Part shown: positions 26,636 to 32,826 of the stretch, piece by piece
Layout: each line of letters begins with the position of its first letter
Numbering within the stretch: the stretch's first letter is position 1
Source of the DNA: Archangium sp.
Lineage (GTDB): Bacteria > Myxococcota > Myxococcia > Myxococcales > Myxococcaceae
Assembly (NCBI GenBank): GCA_031367385.1
Contig: JANLPS010000505.1
Location: forward strand, 1 to 32,826
Length of the DNA: 32,826 nt
Reading direction: 5' to 3'
The notes under the pieces: model-generated
Database searches by the model: none
Told to the model about the DNA's origin: nothing
The model's input: only the letters and a program-made list of their open reading frames with translations
Made by a program: the position numbers and the translations under genes

Positions 26636-28671
26636 ATGAACAGCGCCTCAAACGCACCGTTGAAATTTTGCTCGTCGAAGACAGCCCGACAGATCGGCTG
26701 ATGACGCTGAGAGCCATCCAAGAATCGCGAATTCTCACGACGATGCACTCGGTCGAAAACGGTGTCGACGCGATGGCTTTTCTTCGGCGCGAGGGCCGTT
26801 TCATCGACGCGCCCCGGCCAGACTTGGTGCTCCTCGACCTGAATCTCCCCAAGATGGACGGTCGCGAGGTGCTGGCGCAGGTCAAGGCCGACCGGCAACT
26901 TCGGTTCATCCCCATCATCGTTTTGAGCACGTCGAAGGCCGATGAAGATGTGCTGAATGCCTACAGCGAGTACGTCAACGGCTACATTACGAAGCCGGTT
27001 GATCTGGCGCAGTTCGGTCACGCCTTGAGCAGCCTGGGCAACTATTGGTTCGAAGTCGTGACGCTCCCCTCGACGGGCGCGGTCGAACGTCTGAGCCTGC
27101 TGCGCAAAGACGTCTCGACGTCTCACATGCCAGTACCGGGCGGGCGCACCCGGGTGCTGCTGGTCGAAGACAGTCAAACCGATGCGTTGTTGGTGACCCA
27201 CGCGCTCACTTCATCAACGACGATGAAGTTCGAGGTGAGGCACGTTCACCGTCTCTCTGAGGCCAAACCGCTGCTCGAGACAGAATACTTCGATGTGGTG
27301 CTCACCGACTTGTCGCTGCCTGACAGCCGAGGCCTCGAGACCTACAATCGCATTCAGAGTTTCGCGCGAGCCGTGCCCGTGGTGGTGCTCACCGGTGTCG
27401 AGGACGAGGAGACCGGTCTCAAGGCGCTTCGATTGGGCGCGCAAGAATACCTGCTCAAGGGCGAACACAGTGGGCCTGGCCTGGCGCGCGCCATTCGCTA
27501 TGCGATCGACCGAAAGAACACCCAGGCGCAGCTGTTGCAGTCGCAACGGCTCGAAGCGGTAGGGCAGCTGTCTGGCGGCATGGCCCATGACTTCAACAAC
27601 CTCTTGACGGTCGTTCAGGCAAACAGCTCGCTCATCGAGTCGATTGACGCGTCGGCCGAAGTGCACGAATTGGCGGCAGAGATTCGGCAAGCCGCCGAGC
27701 GCGGAGCCGCCCTCACCCGGCAGCTGTTGGCCTTCAGCCGAAAGCAGGTCATGCAGCCGCGGGTCGTCGACCTCAACGAAGTCGTCACGACCTCGGCCAA
27801 AATGCTGCGGCGCATCATCGGTAACGTCAAAATCGAGCTTCACCTCAAGAGTGGCATGCCCGCGATCGAAGCTGATGTTGGCATGCTCGAGCAGGTGCTG
27901 ATGAACCTCGCCGTCAACGCGCGTGATGCGATGCCCGAAGGCGGCAAGCTCAGGCTCGAGACAGACCATCGACGCATCGCGCCCGAAGAAGTCAATCACC
28001 TCAACCCGCGGGCCTACGCTGGTGAATTCGTCTCGCTCTCTGTGCGCGATACCGGGTCGGGTATTCCGGCTGAGATTCTCGAGAAAATCTGGGAGCCGTT
28101 TTTCACCACCAAAGGCACCCAGAAGGGCACCGGGCTCGGGTTGTCGACCGTGATCGGCATCGTCGAGCAGCACCGTGGGTGGGTGACCGTGAGCAGCGCC
28201 GTCGGCGCTGGTACGGTGTTCGACATCGTCTTGCCGGTGACGGGCCAGGCGCAGGCCCCCGTCGTGCTCGAGAACAAATCGCCAGCCAGGAAGTTTGCCA
28301 CCGGCGCGAAGACCGTGCTCGTGGTCGACGATGAGAACGCCGTGCAGGCGCTCGTTCATCGCGTCTTGACCCGTGCGGGTTACACCGTCTTACGAGCCAG
28401 CTCGGCTGAAGAGGGGCTTGCCGTTTGGCTCGAAGAAAAGGGCAAGATTGACTTGGTGTTGACCGACATCACGATGCCCGGAGGCATGACGGGCTTGGCG
28501 CTCGCCCGCCGGCTCCGCGAGCGTGACCCCGCCGTTCGAGTTCTCTTTACCAGCGGCTTCTTCGAAGAAGCATTGGGTGCCGAGCACGGCCTGGTGCCGG
28601 GCGCGAACTTTTTGGAGAAGCCCTACAGCACCTCCGACCTGCTCAGGGTGGTTGCCAAGGTGCTCGAATAG
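26632..28671 (+). CDS. Hybrid kinase/response regulator REC(Rcp1-like)-REC-HisKA-HATPase_c-REC (679 aa)
   Basis: ATG 26632 overlaps the HK stop (ATGA). REC1: ILLVED..LLDLNLPKMDG..ITKP..YWFEVVTLP. REC2: LTDLSLPD..LLKG. H-box AHDFNNLL, NLAVNARDAMP and GTGLGL. REC3: LTDITMPG..LEKP. Confidence 0.93.
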   Translation: MNEQRLKRTVEILLVEDSPTDRLMTLRAIQESRILTTMHSVENGVDAMAFLRREGRFIDAPRPDLVLLDLNLPKMDGREVLAQVKADRQLRFIPIIVLSTSKADEDVLNAYSEYVNGYITKPVDLAQFGHALSSLGNYWFEVVTLPSTGAVERLSLLRKDVSTSHMPVPGGRTRVLLVEDSQTDALLVTHALTSSTTMKFEVRHVHRLSEAKPLLETEYFDVVLTDLSLPDSRGLETYNRIQSFARAVPVVVLTGVEDEETGLKALRLGAQEYLLKGEHSGPGLARAIRYAIDRKNTQAQLLQSQRLEAVGQLSGGMAHDFNNLLTVVQANSSLIESIDASAEVHELAAEIRQAAERGAALTRQLLAFSRKQVMQPRVVDLNEVVTTSAKMLRRIIGNVKIELHLKSGMPAIEADVGMLEQVLMNLAVNARDAMPEGGKLRLETDHRRIAPEEVNHLNPRAYAGEFVSLSVRDTGSGIPAEILEKIWEPFFTTKGTQKGTGLGLSTVIGIVEQHRGWVTVSSAVGAGTVFDIVLPVTGQAQAPVVLENKSPARKFATGAKTVLVVDDENAVQALVHRVLTRAGYTVLRASSAEEGLAVWLEEKGKIDLVLTDITMPGGMTGLALARRLRERDPAVRVLFTSGFFEEALGAEHGLVPGANFLEKPYSTSDLLRVVAKVLE

Positions 28672-28693
28672 CAGCACCGTCGAACACTGGGGT

Positions 28694-28758
28694 GCCACGG
28701 TCAACCGTAGACAGCACCGACCGGCTCTTCTACACCCCGCGCCCATGAGCACTGATCG
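28694..28758 (+). repeat. Right copy of the ~60-bp imperfect direct repeat (includes the true start of the 28745 gene)
   Basis: Matches 23757-23817 as described for the left copy; the copies start 4937 bp apart. Confidence 0.9.
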
Positions 28759-29635
28759 CGTAGACAAGTCGTGGAAGTCGAAGGGCCTGGGCGGGTACAG
28801 CAACGACGCCATTCTCAACACCCTGCGGCACTATGGGGTGACCGTCGACGAGACGGCCTTTCGCGACATCGCCAAAGACTCGACGCCCCTGCACATCGCC
28901 GGAGCGTGGAAGCCCAGCTGGAAGGGGACCGGTCAGTTTCAGCAGTTTCCCTATGCCGCGGCCGAGGAGCTGCTGACTCGGTATTTCCCCGACCGGTTGA
29001 CGCCATTTCAGCTCGCGCAGACGGTGATCGCCGCGATTCTGCGTGCCAGCGCGGTGATGGGCGGCCAGCCCGACGTCAGCGCCGATGTCTTTGCCGAGTT
29101 CGAGGCCAAGAAGGCGACGTTGCCGGCGCCGGGTGAGCAGCGAAACCTGTTCAATTCAGAGCTGATCGGCTTTCTCGAGCGCTTTCAACAGCCGTTCAAC
29201 AGCTTGCCCAAAGACCTCGCCAAGGCAGGTCACCGCGAGCTGGCGATGAAGTTCGCGGGCCTGCACGAAGGCATCTTCCCCGACCGGGTTGGCGCAGTGA
29301 CGGCGCTGGTGCGCGCGGTCACCGACGATCGAGAAGCGGCGGTCAAAGAGCTCGTCGCGCTTGGCGCAGACACCTCGCGCGATGTCTTCGCCCGCCACGC
29401 CGCGGTCGACGCCCTCTATCAAGCCGAAGCGTGGGACGCCCTCAAGCCCCTCGGCTTGAAGCTCTTCGATGCGTGCGCCGAGGGCAAGCAATGGCCCGTC
29501 GCCGATTCGATCGCCCACATGCTCGCCTCGGCGATGCAGAAGTCGGGGGCCTCAGACAAGGTGTACGCAGAAGAAGTGATGAAGCGCTTTACGCTCGCCC
29601 ACCAGCACGTCGGAGGGCACGGTCATGGCCACTGA
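28745..29635 (+). CDS. Hypothetical alpha-helical protein, paralog 1 (296 aa) with His-rich C-terminal tail
   Basis: Start at ATG 28745 (MSTDRVDKSW), chosen because it aligns with the N-terminus of the next gene. Ends HQHVGGHGHGH. No signal peptide or TM. Confidence 0.8.
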   Translation: MSTDRVDKSWKSKGLGGYSNDAILNTLRHYGVTVDETAFRDIAKDSTPLHIAGAWKPSWKGTGQFQQFPYAAAEELLTRYFPDRLTPFQLAQTVIAAILRASAVMGGQPDVSADVFAEFEAKKATLPAPGEQRNLFNSELIGFLERFQQPFNSLPKDLAKAGHRELAMKFAGLHEGIFPDRVGAVTALVRAVTDDREAAVKELVALGADTSRDVFARHAAVDALYQAEAWDALKPLGLKLFDACAEGKQWPVADSIAHMLASAMQKSGASDKVYAEEVMKRFTLAHQHVGGHGHGH

Positions 29636-30512
29636 AGAGCGCGTCGACAAGAATTGGCAGCAACGCGAGCTCGATCAGTTCTCGACCAACGCGATTCTCG
29701 GCACCCTCGCGCACTACGGCGTACAGACCGACGAGAAGGCGTTCATCGAGCTGGCCCAGTCGGAGTACCCCATCGGCATCGCCCACCGCTGGCACGAGGG
29801 GTGGAAAGGCAAAGGCCAGTTTCTCAAGTTCCCCGTCGCGGCGGCGGAGGAGCTGTGGCACCGGTTGTTGCCTGGGCAGGTCGCTCCGGTCGACATCGCG
29901 CTGGCGGTGATCAACCTGCTCAAGACGTTGGACGGCGTGCTCGGCAAGAAGAAAGACGAGGGCATGCTCGAGACCCGGTTCAAGGTCGTCGAAAACTACG
30001 TCGCGAAGGTGCCCCCCGCGTCGGCCGATTCGACCAGGCGTGACGCGTTCGAGGTCGAGGTCATGTACGCCATGGGTGATGAGTGGGCGCAGGTGCTCGA
30101 CGCGATGGGCGCGGCGCTGGCAAAGCAGGGCGAGCGGGCCCACGCTGAGCGGTTGACCACCATCGAAGAAGCCCTTTTCCCCGTGCGGGCGGGTACGGCG
30201 CGGGCCTTGATGCGTGCCGCGGCGGGCGAGAACGCCGAGGCGAAGACCGAGCTCGATCGGTTGGCGGCTGACGCGACCAAACCGGCCGATGTGCACATCG
30301 CGGTCGTCGATGCGTACATCGACCTGAGCTACCACGCAGAGGCGAAGGGGCTTTTGCTCAAGCTGTTGGCAGAGGCGTCGACGCAACGAGCGCTGGAGCG
30401 GTTGTCGAACCTCGTCGACCGGGTCTCGCGCCTGGCTCCGCTGCTGCCGAAAGAAGAAGGCCGCGAGCTGGCGAAGGCCTTCGAGGCAGCGTTTACGGCG
30501 TTGAAGGAGTAG
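29625..30512 (+). CDS. Hypothetical alpha-helical protein, paralog 2 (295 aa)
   Basis: The N-terminal ~80 aa align with paralog 1 (RVDKxW...AILxTLxHYGV...WKGxGQF..FPxAAAEEL). 11-nt overlap with paralog 1. Confidence 0.82.
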   Translation: MATEERVDKNWQQRELDQFSTNAILGTLAHYGVQTDEKAFIELAQSEYPIGIAHRWHEGWKGKGQFLKFPVAAAEELWHRLLPGQVAPVDIALAVINLLKTLDGVLGKKKDEGMLETRFKVVENYVAKVPPASADSTRRDAFEVEVMYAMGDEWAQVLDAMGAALAKQGERAHAERLTTIEEALFPVRAGTARALMRAAAGENAEAKTELDRLAADATKPADVHIAVVDAYIDLSYHAEAKGLLLKLLAEASTQRALERLSNLVDRVSRLAPLLPKEEGRELAKAFEAAFTALKE

Positions 30513-30521
30513 GCACCACCC

Positions 30522-32111
30522 ATGAGCGTCCTCTTCAGCCTGTTGACGTTGGTGTCTGCCGCGACCGACCCGTGTGATTCTCCGCGCATTCGCGACCCTG
30601 GCGCGTTGTCGATGGCGATGACCCAAGACCGCCAGGTGGCCCAGGCCTTTCAAAAGGCAGCCACCGCGTGTGTCAAAGACACCGAAGCCTGTGATCAGGC
30701 GCGCCTCGAGTGCGGCACGCTGCTCGCCGCGGCGCTCAAGGGGCAGATCAGCTTCGACGAGGGCGCGTGGCTGCGCGACATGCTGTTGCCCTACCTCGGC
30801 AAGGTCTACCCGCTCACCACCCAATTCGCCGCGACCGGCCAGGCCAACGACACCTCGTGCGCGGGAGAGCCCGCGCTGCTCACCTCGGCAGCCACTCGAC
30901 GTTTGGCTCAGGCGGGCAAGCGACAGGCGATCTTCGACGAGTACCCGAAGTACGCCGCGTGGGTGAATTCGGCCTACGCCAAGTGCCGCGAGCAGGCGGG
31001 CATCGACCAGCAGAAGGCGTTCGTGACCCGGTCTGAGGCCGAGAAGCTCGCCGCCGCCGCGGCCGCCGCCAAGCTGGCCGAAGAGCTTCGCCAGAAGAAC
31101 GAAGACGAGGCGCGAAAGAAGCTCGAGCTCGAAGCGAAGCTCAAGGCCGACGCGCAGCTCAAGGCCGCCGAGGAGGCACGGGCCCGGGCCAAAGCGCAAG
31201 CCGACGCCACCGCGCAGGCCGAACAGGCCAAGAAAGACGCAGCGAAGCAGGTGGCGCAAGCTCAAGAAGACAGGCTCGTTCAAGATCGTGAGGGCAAGCT
31301 CACCCAGGCCAAGTCGCAGAAGAGCCTGATCATCGCCGACGCGAAGGCCGAGCTCGATCGAGCGACCGACGAGTCGAACGCGAAGCACAAGCTGGCGATG
31401 ACCGCGCTCGACGAACGCAGCCCGGCGGCGGCACAGCTGGCCTCCGACGCGGCGAACGCCGAGAAGGCCCGACTCGCGGCGGCGCAGCGCCTGGCTGATG
31501 CCAAAGTGAAGGCCGATCGCATCGAGGTTGATGAGAGCAGCCAGCGATCACGCGGTTCATTGGGCATTCAAGGGGCGGCAGGCTACGGCGCGTTGTCAGG
31601 CGTCGACGGCTCGACCGCTGGGCTGTTGCTTGGGGTTCAGGCGGGTGTGCACTTCGGCTTCTGGGGTACCGCTCCGTCAGACGGCATGGCCAGCGGGCTC
31701 GAAGTGCGAGTGAACGCGCGGTACTTGACCCAAGCGGGAGGCCCCGGCGTACAACGCGGGTTCGATGCGCGGGCGATGGTTCGCTGGTTCTTCGGCCCGG
31801 TCGGCGTCGGGGCGGCCTTCGAGTACCGCCTCTTCGATTCGACGCTCGGCGCCACTGCGCACACGTTCTCGGGGCCAGGGTTGGGGCCGTCGGTGGGTGT
31901 GGCGTTCATCGACACTCCGACGTGGCGGGTGATGGCAAACCTCAGCTGGTTGCCCCTGCTGGCCGCAGACCTGCTGCGCTTCGTCGGTGACTTCGAAGTG
32001 TCGTGGAAGTTTCTGGTCTTCGGCGTCGCGGGAGGCGTGCAGACCGACCCGACGGTGCTGCGCAGCGGCTTCTTCATCACCGGCCTCGCGGGCGTTCGCC
32101 TGGGGTGGTGA
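30522..32111 (+). CDS. Putative outer-membrane protein: signal peptide, 6-Cys domain, long A/E/K/Q coiled coil, C-terminal beta-barrel
   Basis: Hydrophobic N-terminus MSVLFSLLTLVSAA; six Cys within the first ~155 aa; TolA-like helical run at aa ~157-335; ~10 amphipathic strands from aa 345, ending LAGVRLGW. Confidence 0.78.
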   Translation: MSVLFSLLTLVSAATDPCDSPRIRDPGALSMAMTQDRQVAQAFQKAATACVKDTEACDQARLECGTLLAAALKGQISFDEGAWLRDMLLPYLGKVYPLTTQFAATGQANDTSCAGEPALLTSAATRRLAQAGKRQAIFDEYPKYAAWVNSAYAKCREQAGIDQQKAFVTRSEAEKLAAAAAAAKLAEELRQKNEDEARKKLELEAKLKADAQLKAAEEARARAKAQADATAQAEQAKKDAAKQVAQAQEDRLVQDREGKLTQAKSQKSLIIADAKAELDRATDESNAKHKLAMTALDERSPAAAQLASDAANAEKARLAAAQRLADAKVKADRIEVDESSQRSRGSLGIQGAAGYGALSGVDGSTAGLLLGVQAGVHFGFWGTAPSDGMASGLEVRVNARYLTQAGGPGVQRGFDARAMVRWFFGPVGVGAAFEYRLFDSTLGATAHTFSGPGLGPSVGVAFIDTPTWRVMANLSWLPLLAADLLRFVGDFEVSWKFLVFGVAGGVQTDPTVLRSGFFITGLAGVRLGW

Positions 32112-32123
32112 GGCCGGGGCCCT

Positions 32124-32687
32124 TTACTTCGCCGAAGCCCAGTCGGCCGGGTACGTCACGTAGAAAACCCGGGTGCGGTTGGGCGTGCCGAAGATGATGT
32201 TGCTGCCCTTGGGCACGTACAGCACATCGCCCGCTTTGCCCTCGACGACTCGGCCGTCGATGGTGATGTGCAGAACGCCCTCGAGCACGTAGTCGATCTC
32301 GTCGTACCCAAGTCGCCAGGGGAAGGCGTCGGCCTGGCCGAAGCTCATGAAGCCGGCGGTCATCGGTGAGCCCTGCTGACGGGTGATCACGTCAACGAGG
32401 CCCACATTGCGCCCGGGGCCCGCGGCGGTGAAGTGACCGAGTGCAATGCTGGGCCCTCGAACGACCACCACGCCAGACGGGTCGGTGGCCCGCTCGCAGC
32501 TGCCAGGGTCTCCCGAGGTGGCTGCACGAGAGATGCGGAGGCCGAGCTCCTGCGCCTTCGACCAAGCGTCAGGCGTGACCACGGTCGTCGCGGGCGGAGC
32601 GGTGAGCTCTCTGACTCCGCGCTCGAACGCCGCGGCGACCACCTCGGCGGTGATCAGCTGCTTGCTGGGAGGCGCTCGGGTCGACAT
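32124..32687 (-). CDS. eutQ: EutQ-like cupin protein
   Basis: N-terminal KQLITAEVV...VVTPDAW..A.ELG; cupin MTAGFM....FPWRLGYDEIDYVLEG.L.I.IDG.....KAGDVLYVPKGS.I.FGTP....FYVTYPADW. Confidence 0.85.
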   Translation of the reverse strand: MSTRAPPSKQLITAEVVAAAFERGVRELTAPPATTVVTPDAWSKAQELGLRISRAATSGDPGSCERATDPSGVVVVRGPSIALGHFTAAGPGRNVGLVDVITRQQGSPMTAGFMSFGQADAFPWRLGYDEIDYVLEGVLHITIDGRVVEGKAGDVLYVPKGSNIIFGTPNRTRVFYVTYPADWASAK

Positions 32688-32695
32688 CGCCCGGC

Positions 32696-32701
32696 GTTAT
32701 A
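32696..32701 (-). promoter_or_regulatory. Possible -10 element (TATAAC) for a leaderless or short-leader eutQ-like transcript
   Basis: TATAAC lies 8 nt upstream of ATG 32687 in a 20-bp gap without a clear SD sequence. Confidence 0.3.
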
Positions 32702-32707
32702 CCCGGG

Positions 32708-32826
32708 TCACGCGCCGACGCCGCGCTTCTTCATCAGCTCGATCACCGGCTGAACGCCCCCGGTGAAGCTGGCGCCGATGCCGCCGCCGGCCTCGTGTTT
32801 GCGGCCTTGCCAGACGATCTCGGCTT
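32708..32826 (-). CDS. C-terminal fragment of an unidentified gene running off the right edge
   Basis: Open frame with GC3-biased codons, ...AEIVWQGRKHEAGGGIGASFTGGVQPVIELMKKRGVGA*, stop at 32710-32708. Confidence 0.6.
   Translation of the reverse strand, partial: AEIVWQGRKHEAGGGIGASFTGGVQPVIELMKKRGVGA

Noticed and set aside
29589..31388. 599-aa minus-strand ORF over paralog 2 and the OM protein
   Set aside because: Leu/Gly/Arg-rich antisense shadow of the coiled-coil codons. The plus-strand genes are supported by paralogy and domain structure.
30990..31530. Calling the 30522 gene tolA
   Set aside because: The similarity is only compositional. It has a C-terminal barrel-like region rather than a TolA domain III, and there are no tolQR neighbours.
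32112..32123. GC-rich 12-bp gap between convergent genes as a terminator
   Set aside because: Too short for a convincing stem-loop with a U-tract.

Overview
High-GC bacterial DNA whose gene content and style suggest Myxococcota (inference). (1) 1-5454 (-): a giant gene missing from the supplied ORF track because it runs off the left edge. It is a PUFA-synthase-type iterative PKS in which a complete PfaD-type enoyl reductase is fused in frame to a PfaA-type KS-MAT-(ACP)x>=3 module, with near-identical 264-bp ACP repeats. (2) A lipoprotein with a probable beta-helix, and a divergent aldo-keto reductase + PhyH-type Fe/2OG dioxygenase pair. (3) A type II secretion operon gspCDEFGHIJKLMN (-) behind a near-consensus sigma54 promoter. 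It carries two unannotated single-TM micro-ORFs (37 and 41 aa) flanking gspG, and Gly/Leu low-complexity inserts in GspD, GspI and GspK. (4) A crotonase, then a ~4.9-kb signalling cassette (multi-PAS histidine kinase + REC-REC-HK-REC hybrid) bracketed by a ~60-bp imperfect direct repeat that copies the crotonase 3' end and the next gene's 5' end. (5) A compact run of two paralogous unknown helical proteins and a Cys-domain/coiled-coil/beta-barrel envelope protein. (6) An EutQ-like cupin and a truncated gene at the right edge. No rRNA, tRNA, CRISPR array, transposase or integrase was seen. All calls come from manual translation and motif recognition; no database searches were run.
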